From Gammaproteobacteria bacterium (GTDB lineage: Bacteria; Pseudomonadota; Gammaproteobacteria; Tethybacterales; G965206325): DNA of 64,000 bases. Below the pieces are notes generated by a model. It searched no databases and was not told the DNA's origin. It worked only from the letters and a program-made list of their open reading frames with translations. The DNA is taken from positions 678,326-742,325 of the forward strand of contig OZ242208.1 in the NCBI GenBank assembly GCA_965206325.1. The letters are read 5' to 3'. Below, piece by piece: positions 29,291 to 39,062 of the stretch. Position 1 is the stretch's first letter, and every line of letters begins with the position of its first letter. Position numbers and translations under genes: made by a program.

Positions 29291-30533
29291 TCGTCGATTC
29301 CAATTGCCGCAGGCGGGAAATGCGAAGTTTGGCGGGCGGATGCGAATCGTAAAACGCCGAATAAATTTTATCCGGCGACGCCACCGCCGCATTGTCGCGA
29401 TACAATTTAACTAAGGCGGAAATTAAAGGCGACGCCCCCGTCCGCTTGGCGGCGAAAGCGTCCGCCTGAAATTCAAAGCGGCGCGACTGCATGGACAGAA
29501 TCGGCCGCAGCGGAAACAAAAACGCCGGAGACAAAAGCGACAGCAAAATCAACGCCCCGCCCGGACTTTTTCGCAAATCAAAGGCGGCGTAAAACCACGC
29601 GGATTCAGCGATGAGTGCAAAAATCGCCAAGCCGAAAAAAGCGGCGATAAAAGCCAAGGCGATTCGCCGCAAAATATGGCGCAACTTAAAATGGCCGATT
29701 TCGTGCGTCAGCACCGCTTCAATTTCGCCGTCCGTCAGCAAATCCAGCAGCGTGTCAAACAGGACGATTCGGCGGGCGCGGCCGAATCCGGCGAAATAGG
29801 CGTTGCTGTGGCGCGAGCGTTTGGAGCCGTCCATCACTAAAATTTCACGCGCCGGAAAGCCGCTTTGGTCGGCGCGATTGGAAAGCCGAGTCCGCAGCGA
29901 TTCGTCGTCCAAAGGGCGGAAGCGATTAAAAATCGGCGCGATTAAAGCCGGATACGCCGCCGCTACCGCAAGATTAAAAATCGCCCAAATTCCCCAGACC
30001 CAAATCCACCACCATTCGCCGCCGCTTCTCATTAAAGCCAGAATCGCCAAAGCGAGAGGTCCGCCGAGGGCGATGCCGACCAGCGTTTCTTTTAATTTAT
30101 CGGCGATGAAAATTCGCGGCGTCATTCGGTTGAATCCAAAGCGTTTTTCCACGCCGAAAACACCCCGCCATTCAAACGGCAAAGCGGCGGCGGAAAGCAG
30201 AATCGCGGCGGCGATAAGAAGGGCGGCGTCGCGCAAAATTCCATCGCCGAAAAAATCCAGCGAATTGTCCATCGCGGAAAGTCCGCCTCCGACGGTGAGA
30301 ATTAATGCGAGGAAAGTCGCCGCCAGAGTCGCGGCGATTCCGTTGTTGAGGCGGGCGGCGGCGTAGTCGGCGGCGCGCCGGGGGTCGGAGGAATCCGCCA
30401 TTTCCGGAATCGGAGGGGGCGAATCGGCGGCGATTCGGGCGGCGCGAATCTGCCTTCGCGCGAGCCACCATTTGACGGCGGCGGAAAATCCCAGCGCAAA
30501 AGCGCAGGCGGCGGCAAAGACGCTTGGCTGCAC
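29283..30533 (-). CDS. M48 family membrane metallopeptidase (Ste24/HtpX-like)
   Basis: Multiple TM helices and HEIGHFKLRH (HExxH). Confidence 0.75.
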   Translation of the reverse strand: MQPSVFAAACAFALGFSAAVKWWLARRQIRAARIAADSPPPIPEMADSSDPRRAADYAAARLNNGIAATLAATFLALILTVGGGLSAMDNSLDFFGDGILRDAALLIAAAILLSAAALPFEWRGVFGVEKRFGFNRMTPRIFIADKLKETLVGIALGGPLALAILALMRSGGEWWWIWVWGIWAIFNLAVAAAYPALIAPIFNRFRPLDDESLRTRLSNRADQSGFPAREILVMDGSKRSRHSNAYFAGFGRARRIVLFDTLLDLLTDGEIEAVLTHEIGHFKLRHILRRIALAFIAAFFGLAIFALIAESAWFYAAFDLRKSPGGALILLSLLSPAFLFPLRPILSMQSRRFEFQADAFAAKRTGASPLISALVKLYRDNAAVASPDKIYSAFYDSHPPAKLRISRLRQLESTNE

Positions 30534-30536
30534 CGG

Positions 30537-31154
30537 TCAGGCGATGTGCATTTTTTCGCGCTGCTCCTGCAGGCGTTTGCACTCAATGCAGAGTGTCGCC
30601 ACCGGGCGGGCGAGGAGCCGCTCCACGCCGATTTCGCAGCCGCATTCTTCGCAGAATCCATAGCCGCCGTCCGATGTCGCCAGCATTTCCAAGGCCTTGT
30701 CCACTTTTCGCAGCAGGGCGCGGTCGCGGTCGCGCTCGCGCAATTCTACGGCGAATTCGGATTCTTTACTGGCGCGGTCGTTTTCGTCGGGAATCGCTTT
30801 GGGCTCTTCGCGCATGTGCGTGACAGTTTTTTCCATTCCGCGCACGAGGTCGGTGCGAGTCCGCACGAGAGCGTCGCGGAAAAAATTCCGCTGTTTGGAG
30901 GACATGTATTTTTCGCCCGCATTCGGCGTATATGGCGATTTTCCCGGCCCTTTCCGTCCCCGCAAATCAGCGGACGAACTGGCGGATTCGCCGGCAGCGG
31001 AAGAGGCCGCGGCAGAAAGCGCGTTGGCGTCCGCAGACGAATCGACGACGGATGAGGCGGCGTCGTTGGAGGGGGCGGATTTATCGGTTGTGGTTGTCAT
31101 TGAATTTTTTTTCGCAAGCGGCGGATTATAAGCGAATTGCTTTCTTAACTGCAA
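30537..31154 (-). CDS. DksA/TraR family transcription factor with long Ser/Ala-rich N-terminal extension
   Basis: C4 zinc finger CEECGCEIGVERLLARPVATLCIECK and the coiled-coil region align with DksA. Start uncertain. Confidence 0.7.
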   Translation of the reverse strand: MQLRKQFAYNPPLAKKNSMTTTTDKSAPSNDAASSVVDSSADANALSAAASSAAGESASSSADLRGRKGPGKSPYTPNAGEKYMSSKQRNFFRDALVRTRTDLVRGMEKTVTHMREEPKAIPDENDRASKESEFAVELRERDRDRALLRKVDKALEMLATSDGGYGFCEECGCEIGVERLLARPVATLCIECKRLQEQREKMHIA

Positions 31155-31227
31155 ATTTTTTTCACCGCCTAATTTGCGCGCCGGATTTTGCGGAGCCGGC
31201 TTGCCGAGTTTTCCGCGCTCCGAATTA

Positions 31228-32235
31228 ATGCTACGATGTCCTTTAATGCGCGCCGTTGTAAAAGGCGCCGCCGCCTTGCAGATGGATTCCGCCGGGCGTC
31301 TGCGCCACTTGCTTACGCTGGAGGGAATTCCCTCTTCGCTGCTGTCCGATATTTTTCATCGCGCCAAATCTTTTCTGGCGGACGACGGCGGCATTGTCAA
31401 ATCGCGCGGCCTCGCCGGACGGCTTATCTTTAATTTGTTTTTCGAAACCAGCACGCGCACGCGCAGCGCCTTTGAAATCGCCGCCAAATCTTTGGGGGCG
31501 GAAGTCGTCAATCTGGACGCCGAAGTGCTGTCGGCGAAAAACAAGGGCGAATCGTTGTTTGATACGGCGGCGACGCTGTCGGCGATGGGCGGCGATATGC
31601 TGGTCGTCCGCCATTATCAAAGCGGGGCGGCGCATTTTATCGCCGAAGGCGTCCCGAGGCGATTGGATGATTCGCCCCGACTCGCCGTCATTAACGGCGG
31701 CGACGGCTGCCACGCCCATCCGACTCAAGGGCTGCTGGATTCCTTCACAATTCTGCGCCGCCGCGAATCGCTGGAAAATTTGACGATTGCGATTGTCGGC
31801 GATATTCTGCATTCGCGCGTCGCCCGCTCAAACGCCCAATGTTTGCACGCTTTGGGGGCGAAGGCAATTCGCGCCGTCGCGCCCAAAACGCTGATTCCGC
31901 CGCACTGCGAATCCGCCTTGGGAATGATTCCGTTTTCTAATATGGAGGAGGGAATCGCCGACGCCGATGTCATTATGATGCTGCGCATGCAGCGGGAAAG
32001 AATGGCGGGCGATTTTTATCCGTCGGCGGATTCGTATTTTCGGGATTACGGACTCACCGCCCGCCGGCTCGCCCTTGCCAAAAAAGACGCTTTGGTGATG
32101 CATCCGGGGCCGATTAATCGCGGGGTGGAAATTGATTCCGCCGTCGCCGACGGGGTGCAGTCGGTTATTCTGCCGCAAGTTACGCACGGAGTCGCCGTGC
32201 GAATGGCGATTCTGTGCATGCTTTCAGAAAAATGA
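31228..32235 (+). CDS. pyrB: aspartate carbamoyltransferase catalytic subunit
   Basis: STRTRSAFEIAAKSLGA and HPTQGLLD motifs. Start approximate. Confidence 0.85.
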   Translation: MLRCPLMRAVVKGAAALQMDSAGRLRHLLTLEGIPSSLLSDIFHRAKSFLADDGGIVKSRGLAGRLIFNLFFETSTRTRSAFEIAAKSLGAEVVNLDAEVLSAKNKGESLFDTAATLSAMGGDMLVVRHYQSGAAHFIAEGVPRRLDDSPRLAVINGGDGCHAHPTQGLLDSFTILRRRESLENLTIAIVGDILHSRVARSNAQCLHALGAKAIRAVAPKTLIPPHCESALGMIPFSNMEEGIADADVIMMLRMQRERMAGDFYPSADSYFRDYGLTARRLALAKKDALVMHPGPINRGVEIDSAVADGVQSVILPQVTHGVAVRMAILCMLSEK

Positions 32236-33425
32236 ATTGGCTGATTAAAAACGGCGGCGTCGCTGATTTTTCATCCGGCGAAATCGCCCCCGTCGTCGTC
32301 TGCATTGCGGACGATAAAATTGCGGCGGTCGGAAAAATCCCCGACGGATTCCATCCGGCGCGCGAATTTGATGCAGCGGGCTGCGTCGTCGCCCCCGGAA
32401 TTGTAGACGCCGACTGCGATTTGTCCGGCGAATCCGCCCAAGAAATGCAAGCCGCCGCCGCAGGCGGAATCACCGCCGCCGTGTCGCCGATAAATTCCGC
32501 CGCCGCTTCGTCGCATTTGCAAATCGTCAAAACGGCATCGCTTCTCGCCGACGACGGACAAATGGCGGATTTGCCCGCGCTTGCCGACGACGGCATCGCC
32601 GCCTTTTTCGCTCCGCCGGGATTGGATTCCAAGCGGCTTTTTCGGATTTTGCAATTCGCCGCCACCTTTGATTTTCTTGTCCTGTTTGACCCGCGCGACC
32701 CTTCCCTGTCCGCCGATGCCGTTTTGCGCGAGGGCGAAAAATCGGCGCGATTGGGCTTGCCGTCAATGCCGGCGGCGGCGGAAATTGCAGAGACGGCGAG
32801 GATTCTCGCACTCGCGTCGGCCAGCGGAGTCCGCGCGCATTTTCGCGGAATTTCTGCGGCGGAATCGGCGAAAATTATCGGCGACGCCAAAGCCAAAGGC
32901 GCGGATGTTTCGTGCGACGCCGCCCTCGCCAATTTATTTTTGCGCGACGAAGACGGCGGCGATTTTGATTTGCGCCATCGCATCTGGCCGCCCTTGGGCG
33001 ATTCCGCCGACCGCGATTCCATTGCGAAATTTCTCGCCGACGGCGTTGTGGATTTTATTGTTTCCGGCCATCGTCCGCTGTCGGGCGTGCGGCGCACCGA
33101 GCCATTTTGCGATGCGATTCCAAGCGCAAGCGGAGTCGGCCTTCTGCTGCCGCTGATGTTGGAATGGGCGAATCAGCGGCGAATTTCCCCCGCCATTGCG
33201 CTTTCCAAAATTTCGCTTTTGCCGTCGCGGCGATTCGGAATTGACGGCGGCGAAATTAAAGCGGGGGCAATCGCCAATTTGTGCGTTGTTGATTTGCATT
33301 CGGAATGGACAATTGACGAAGCCCAAATCGCCCCCGGCGGAATGAGCCCTTTTCATGGGCGAGTCGTTAAAGGCCGCTCCCGCCTGACCGTTTATCGCGG
33401 AAAGATTGCGCGCTGCGATGAATAA
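32232..33425 (+). CDS. dihydroorotase-like non-catalytic protein (PyrC')
   Basis: Amidohydrolase-like fold following pyrB, but the HxH metal motif is replaced (VDADCDL). ATGA overlap with pyrB. Confidence 0.65.
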   Translation: MNWLIKNGGVADFSSGEIAPVVVCIADDKIAAVGKIPDGFHPAREFDAAGCVVAPGIVDADCDLSGESAQEMQAAAAGGITAAVSPINSAAASSHLQIVKTASLLADDGQMADLPALADDGIAAFFAPPGLDSKRLFRILQFAATFDFLVLFDPRDPSLSADAVLREGEKSARLGLPSMPAAAEIAETARILALASASGVRAHFRGISAAESAKIIGDAKAKGADVSCDAALANLFLRDEDGGDFDLRHRIWPPLGDSADRDSIAKFLADGVVDFIVSGHRPLSGVRRTEPFCDAIPSASGVGLLLPLMLEWANQRRISPAIALSKISLLPSRRFGIDGGEIKAGAIANLCVVDLHSEWTIDEAQIAPGGMSPFHGRVVKGRSRLTVYRGKIARCDE

Positions 33426-33969
33426 AATTCGGCGCGCGACCTTGGGACTTTTCGCCGCAATTATTTTTGCGGGCGGAATCGGCGGCGCATCGGCGGCGCA
33501 ATTTTTTCACGGCGGCGAAATTGAAATTCTGTTTCCGCCGCGCGATGATTTTATCGCCGCTTTGGAAAAAGAATTCGCCAAGGCCAAACATGAGGTTTTG
33601 GTGATGGCGTTTAGTTTCACCCACAAAAAAATCACCGCCGAATTAATCAAACTGCATCGGCGAGGCGTGCGCGTTTCGGTGCTTGCCGACCGCAGACAAA
33701 TGGGGGGGCGCGGCAATCGCATTAAGCAATTGCGCGACGCCGGAATTTATACGGCAATTCCCACTGGCGGAGGTTTATGGCACAACAAAGTTATGGTTAT
33801 TGACGGGCGCACAGTCATTACCGGCAGCGCCAATTTCACAAAGGCGGCGGAGAATCGCAATCGCGAAAATGTCGTCATTATCCGCGACAACATTAGCATC
33901 GCCGGACATTACAGAAGGCAGTGGCAATTGCTGGCGAAAGAAGCGGTTCCGCTCGGCAGGGACAAATAG
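33418..33969 (+). CDS. phospholipase D-like/Nuc-family HKD nuclease with signal peptide
   Basis: HKD motif HNKVMVIDGRTVITGSANFT. N-terminal signal peptide. Confidence 0.7.
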   Translation: MNKIRRATLGLFAAIIFAGGIGGASAAQFFHGGEIEILFPPRDDFIAALEKEFAKAKHEVLVMAFSFTHKKITAELIKLHRRGVRVSVLADRRQMGGRGNRIKQLRDAGIYTAIPTGGGLWHNKVMVIDGRTVITGSANFTKAAENRNRENVVIIRDNISIAGHYRRQWQLLAKEAVPLGRDK

Positions 33970-33970
33970 A

Positions 33971-34822
33971 TTAAATCATATCGCCGAAGGCGTCGCGAGC
34001 CGCTTTGATTTTAATTCGCACTTCATTCCCCTCATCCTTTTCTTTTTTTGCCGCAAGAGAAGGGGGGGGGGGGGGATCGGATTCTTCTTTTGATTCTTCA
34101 TTATTGCTTTCATTTTTAATTTCTTCCGAAGATTCGGATACGGAGTCGGCTTGGGGAATTGCTTCGCCGGCTTCAATTCCAAAAACATCCTTGCACAAAT
34201 GCGCGACGGGCTCGCAAAACAGCGGGGCGATGTCGCCCAATTGCTCGGCGGTTAAATTATGCGCGCCGGACAATTGCGGCGAATACGGAATTTCGCAGGC
34301 GGCGAGCGATTCTAATTCCGCGCCCAGCATTTCGCAGGCGCGCAGGCGGACGGCGGAAAGCATCGGAAAATTGCGGTCGGCCCAGGACGGAATCAAAATC
34401 GCCGCTTCGCCGATTTCATCGCTAATTTTTTTAGCGGCGATAATGTCATCGGCGGCGTAGGTGAAAACCAAAGCCGTCGCCGCGGAAATGCCAAAATCGT
34501 GCGGCGAATCGGCGGCGATAAAAACGGCGCGATAATCTTCCGACAATTCGGCGAGGCGAATGGCGGCGGATTTTTCGTCGGTGAATGCGGCGGCGGAAAA
34601 AATATCCGGGCGATTTTTTCCGCCGGTCAGAAGTCCGTCGTTGGGGGGAATTTTTTCGGCGGCGAGGTATCCCCGCATGCGATATTCATTCAATCGCATA
34701 TCCGCCGCCAGCGCGCGAATTTTTGCGCGGGCGCACCATTGGGCGCAGGCTGCGGCGATGAGCGTTTTGCCGACTGCCGGCCGCGCGCCGCGAAAAATAA
34801 TCGTCGTTGTTGGCGTGGTCAC
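33971..34822 (-). CDS. P-loop NTPase-like hypothetical protein with acidic/poly-Pro C-terminal tail
   Basis: N-terminal GARPAVGKT P-loop-like motif. The C-terminus contains the G14/C14 tract encoding PPPPP. Confidence 0.35.
   Translation of the reverse strand: MTTPTTTIIFRGARPAVGKTLIAAACAQWCARAKIRALAADMRLNEYRMRGYLAAEKIPPNDGLLTGGKNRPDIFSAAAFTDEKSAAIRLAELSEDYRAVFIAADSPHDFGISAATALVFTYAADDIIAAKKISDEIGEAAILIPSWADRNFPMLSAVRLRACEMLGAELESLAACEIPYSPQLSGAHNLTAEQLGDIAPLFCEPVAHLCKDVFGIEAGEAIPQADSVSESSEEIKNESNNEESKEESDPPPPPSLAAKKEKDEGNEVRIKIKAARDAFGDMI
34062..34075. repeat. G14 homopolymer, second copy of motif GAAG-G14-ATCGGA
   Basis: Direct reading. Confidence 0.9.
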
Positions 34823-34863
34823 AGCAAGGCGATTTTACTCCATCGGCGTGATAGCATAGCGCA

Positions 34864-35265
34864 ATGGCGGATTTTTTCCAGCGCAATGAAAGCGCGCCCC
34901 CCGGCGAATCGCTGCCGCTGGCGGAGGCGATGGCTTCGCTTAAATTTAATTCCGACGGATTGATTCCGGTGGTCGCTCAGGAAGTCGGCGGCGGCGTTTT
35001 AATGCTGGCGTGGGCGAATCGGGAATCGCTCGCGCTGACGCTCAAAACCGGCGAGATGGTTTATTATTCTCGCTCCCGAAAGCGGCTGTGGCGGAAGGGC
35101 GAAACCTCCGGCAACATCCAGCGGCTGGTGGAATTGCGGATGGATTGCGACGGCGATTCGCTGCTGGCGGTAGTCAAACAAAGCGGTCCGGCGTGCCACA
35201 CCGGAAGGCGGTCGTGCTTTTTTTACGCGATGCGGAAAGATTCGGCGGTCGTGCTGGCGGATTAA
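34864..35265 (+). CDS. hisI: phosphoribosyl-AMP cyclohydrolase
   Basis: [27 protein letters not shown] matches HisI. Confidence 0.85.
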   Translation: MADFFQRNESAPPGESLPLAEAMASLKFNSDGLIPVVAQEVGGGVLMLAWANRESLALTLKTGEMVYYSRSRKRLWRKGETSGNIQRLVELRMDCDGDSLLAVVKQSGPACHTGRRSCFFYAMRKDSAVVLAD

Positions 35266-35316
35266 ATCGCGCGAATTTTGGCTTTTTCCGCTTCGTTCTG
35301 TTGCTAATATAAGGCG

Positions 35317-36783
35317 ATGGCGAAAATTTTTACTGTCGCGCAAATTCGCGAAATTGAAAAGCGGGCGTTTGAATGCGCGCCTTCTTTCGCTGTGATGACT
35401 CGCGCGGGCGAGGCGGTCGCCGAAGAATCGCGCAGAATGATTCGCCCCGATGATTCGCGTCCGATTCTCGCCGTCGCCGGGCCGGGCAATAACGGCGGCG
35501 ATGCTTTCATTGCGGCGGCGCGTCTTAAAAATTTGGGGATGAAAATTCGCGTTGCTTTTTTCGGCGACCGCAATCGGTTGTCATCGGATGCGACTCAAGC
35601 GATGGACGAATGGCTTGTTCTCGGCGGCAAAATTGAAAGCGAAATTCCCGGCGATAATTTTTCGCTGGTGATTGACGGCATTTTCGGCATCGGCGCGAAT
35701 CGTCCGATTAGCGGAAATTTCGCCGAATTAATTTCGCGCATAAACAAACTTTCCGCCCCCAAATTGGCAGTGGACATTCCCAGCGGACTCTGCGCCGACA
35801 CCGGCAAAACACTCGCCGATACGGACGCAATTGCCTGCGCGAAAACCGTCACCTTTTTCGGATTAAAACCCGGACTTCTCACCGCCGACGGCTTGGATTG
35901 CGCCGGAAAAATTATAACTTCCGATTTGGATTTCGCCGATAGTTTAACTTTGGAAAATGCGGGCGAATTAATTGACGGAATAAAAAACGCTTCGCGCCTG
36001 CGCCGCCGATGCAATTCCAACAAGGGAAATTTCGGCGCGCTTGCGGTCGTCGGCGGCGCGGACGGAATGGGCGGCGCGCTTGCCTTGGCGAGCCGCTCCG
36101 CCGTTGCGCTCGGCGCCGGAAAAGTTTTCGCTGTTGCACTCGGTGCCGGGCCTCCGTTTGATCCTTTTTGTCCGGAGATAATGCGGCGGCGCGAATTGCC
36201 CGATGAATTTAATAGCATCGCCATTGGAGTCGGAATGGGCGATTCGGAAAAAGCGCAGGCAATCTTAACGCGCACTTTGGAATCTTCCGCGCCCGCCGTG
36301 ATTGACGCCGATGCCTTAAACATCATTTCGCGCGATTCATCCATTCGCAAATTATTAATGACTCGCCAAGCGCAGAGCATTGTTACGCCGCATCCCGCCG
36401 AAGCGGGGCGGATTCTTAATTGCGATGCGTTAGCGATTCAAGCCGACAGAATTGCGTCGGCAAGGCAAATCGCAAGCGAATTAAATTCTGTTGTTGTATT
36501 AAAGGGGGGGGGGTCGGTTTTTGCGACTCCCAAAGATGCTTGGGGAATTTGCCAAAGCGGAAATCCCGGACTCGCGCAGGCGGGGTCGGGCGATGTATTA
36601 ACCGGAATTATCGGCGCATTGCTGGCGCAAACACACGACGCCGCTTTTTCCGCCAAATATGGAATGTGGCTGCACGGTGCAGCCGCCGATAAAATCGCCC
36701 AAGAAGAAGGCGAAATCGGATTGAATATAAATCGACTCGCCGCCGCCGCCCGTCAATTATTAAACGCCGCCGTTAAAGAATAG
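35317..36783 (+). CDS. nnr: bifunctional NAD(P)H-hydrate repair enzyme (epimerase/dehydratase)
   Basis: YjeF N-terminal domain followed by a carbohydrate-kinase-like C-terminal domain (GSGDVLTG). Confidence 0.8.
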   Translation: MAKIFTVAQIREIEKRAFECAPSFAVMTRAGEAVAEESRRMIRPDDSRPILAVAGPGNNGGDAFIAAARLKNLGMKIRVAFFGDRNRLSSDATQAMDEWLVLGGKIESEIPGDNFSLVIDGIFGIGANRPISGNFAELISRINKLSAPKLAVDIPSGLCADTGKTLADTDAIACAKTVTFFGLKPGLLTADGLDCAGKIITSDLDFADSLTLENAGELIDGIKNASRLRRRCNSNKGNFGALAVVGGADGMGGALALASRSAVALGAGKVFAVALGAGPPFDPFCPEIMRRRELPDEFNSIAIGVGMGDSEKAQAILTRTLESSAPAVIDADALNIISRDSSIRKLLMTRQAQSIVTPHPAEAGRILNCDALAIQADRIASARQIASELNSVVVLKGGGSVFATPKDAWGICQSGNPGLAQAGSGDVLTGIIGALLAQTHDAAFSAKYGMWLHGAAADKIAQEEGEIGLNINRLAAAARQLLNAAVKE

Positions 36784-36791
36784 GCAAGGTT

Positions 36792-38006
36792 TCAATTAAG
36801 AAACGCGCGGATGACAAACGCATTTGCAATATCAATAAAGAACGCCGAAATCAGCGGCAGAATAATAAAAGCATTCGGCGCCGGACCGTGCTTTTTAGCG
36901 ACCGCAGTCATATTGGCGAGAGCAGTGGGAGTCGCTCCCAAGGTCACGCCGCCGAATCCCGCGCACAGGACGGCCGCTTCGTAATTTTTTCCCATTGCGC
37001 GAAAGACGATTAATAAAATAAATAGAATCGCCGCCGCCGTCTGCAAAAAAAGAATGACAAACAGCGGCCCGGCGAGTCCGGCGAGAGTCCACAATTTCAT
37101 GCTCATCAGCGACATCGCCAGAAATATATTAAGAGAATAATCGGAAACGACCGCCAGTGCCGGAGTCCGCGCAGGCCACGGCAGGCGCGGAAATAATTTG
37201 GGGATGATGTTTGACATTGCAATCGCCGCCAGCAGGCAGGCGACAAACAAGGGCAATTTGAATCCCGCCGCCGCCAGCAATTCATTGAAGAGATAGCCCA
37301 AAATAATGGCGATATGCATCGCGAGAATAACCCCCATTAATGTCATGTGATTAATCGCCGCCGTGCCCTCCGATTGATAAGATAATCCGACGATGCTGTC
37401 GCCGCCGGATTCCGCTTTTAAGCCGTCGCGTTCAATTAAAAATTTAGCGATGGGACCTCCGATTAAACTCGCTAGAATGAGTCCGAATGTCGCGCTGGCC
37501 ACGCCGATTTCCAAGGCATTTGGAACATTATGCGATTCAGCAATTTCCGGCGCCCATGCGATGGCGGTGCCATGCCCGCCAATCAGCGATGCCGAACCGG
37601 CCAGCACGCCAACGGCGTCCGGCATTTGAAAAATCGCCGCGCCCATCGCGCCGACCGAATTCTGCACGACGATGAATCCAATTGTCAGCGCAAGCAAAAT
37701 CAAAAGCGGCCGCCCCCCCTTGATTAAATCCGAAATGCGCGCGTTTAATCCGATGGCGACAAAGAAATAAATCAGCAGCCGGTCGCGCCCTTCCAAATCA
37801 AAGTTAATGGAAGCATCCGCCGCAAGAAAAACGGCGAAGGCGGCAATGGCCGCAAGCAGTCCGCCGGTGACGGCCTCCGGCACATTGTAGTCGCGCAAAA
37901 ACGCAACGCGCCGAGTCGCCGCAACGCCCGCAAAATAAACCACGATGCCGACAGTCAGCGTGACAAATTCATCAATCTCAATTATTTCAGCCGGCATTAC
38001 GGACAC
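36792..38006 (-). CDS. gltS: sodium/glutamate symporter
   Basis: 404 aa polytopic protein matching GltS over full length. Confidence 0.75.
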   Translation of the reverse strand: MSVMPAEIIEIDEFVTLTVGIVVYFAGVAATRRVAFLRDYNVPEAVTGGLLAAIAAFAVFLAADASINFDLEGRDRLLIYFFVAIGLNARISDLIKGGRPLLILLALTIGFIVVQNSVGAMGAAIFQMPDAVGVLAGSASLIGGHGTAIAWAPEIAESHNVPNALEIGVASATFGLILASLIGGPIAKFLIERDGLKAESGGDSIVGLSYQSEGTAAINHMTLMGVILAMHIAIILGYLFNELLAAAGFKLPLFVACLLAAIAMSNIIPKLFPRLPWPARTPALAVVSDYSLNIFLAMSLMSMKLWTLAGLAGPLFVILFLQTAAAILFILLIVFRAMGKNYEAAVLCAGFGGVTLGATPTALANMTAVAKKHGPAPNAFIILPLISAFFIDIANAFVIRAFLN

Positions 38007-39037
38007 GGATTAGGATGACTCTCGGCTAAGAATTCTATTTCGCGCATTAAGTTTTCACTTAAGGAAAAGTCGGCGGCGGCGATGTTGGATTCCAATTGCG
38101 CGAGAGTCGTTGCGCCGATAATTGAACTCGTTAAAAAGGGCTGCCGAATGGTGAACGCAATCGCCATTTGCGACGGATTTATTTGATGCTTTTCCGCCAG
38201 CGCGACATAATCTTTGGTCGCCGCTTCGCCGCGCTGAGAAATGTATCTTTTGAAGTAAGTCCATCGGCTCAATCGCGCGCCTTTGGGTTTTGCGCCATTT
38301 AGATATTTTCCCGACAGCGCGCCGAAGGCAAGCGGCGAATACGCCAGCAGTCCGCATTTTTCCCGCGCCGACATTTCCGCCATTCCTATTTCGTAGATGC
38401 GATTTAATAAGTTGTAAGGATTCTGCACGGCGGCGATTCGGGGCAGTCCTTTTTTCTTGGCAAGCTGCAGGCAGCGATGCATTCCCCAAGGCGTTTCGTT
38501 GGAAAGTCCGGCGGCGCGCACTTTGCCGGCCTTTATTAATTCGCCGATTGCGCCGAGCGATTCTTCCAAAGAAATTCCGTCGGCGGATTCATCGTGGCGG
38601 TAATTCAATTGACCGAAGAAATTAGCCGACCGCTCCGGCCAATGCAATTGATACAAATCCACATAATCGGTCTGCAGACGCGACAGCGAACCGTCAATTG
38701 CGGAAAAAATTTGAGCGCGCGACAGGCGGGTTGTTTCGCCGCCGCGAATCCATTGCATACTGCTCGGCCCGGCTGCTTTGGTGGCGATAATAATCTTGTC
38801 CCGCCCGCCGCATTTTTTCAGCCATGTGCCGATAAATTGCTCGGTGCGTCCGCAGGTTTTTTCCGCCGCCGGCACCGGATACATTTCGGCGGCGTCAATA
38901 AAATTAACTCCGCGCGACATCGCCAAATCCAATTGGGCGTGCGATTCCGCCTCGTCGTTTTGCTCTCCGAAAGTCATCGTGCCGAGGCAAATTACGCTGA
39001 CATTAATTCCGCTGCCGCCGAGTTGCCGATATTCCAT
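37997..39037 (-). CDS. aldo/keto reductase (Tas-like)
   Basis: MEYRQLGGSGINVSVICLGTMTFG and the rest match the AKR fold. Confidence 0.8.
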   Translation of the reverse strand: MEYRQLGGSGINVSVICLGTMTFGEQNDEAESHAQLDLAMSRGVNFIDAAEMYPVPAAEKTCGRTEQFIGTWLKKCGGRDKIIIATKAAGPSSMQWIRGGETTRLSRAQIFSAIDGSLSRLQTDYVDLYQLHWPERSANFFGQLNYRHDESADGISLEESLGAIGELIKAGKVRAAGLSNETPWGMHRCLQLAKKKGLPRIAAVQNPYNLLNRIYEIGMAEMSAREKCGLLAYSPLAFGALSGKYLNGAKPKGARLSRWTYFKRYISQRGEAATKDYVALAEKHQINPSQMAIAFTIRQPFLTSSIIGATTLAQLESNIAAADFSLSENLMREIEFLAESHPNPCP

Positions 39038-39062
39038 TGTTCTTCTCCGAAAAAAAACGATA

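Noticed and set aside
29283-30533. Second M48 peptidase as part of the atypical Hsp70 system
   Set aside because: It is 20 kb away, in a different operon (with pcd and dksA-like), and has a typical HtpX/Ste24-like polytopic layout. It is treated as an ordinary housekeeping protease.
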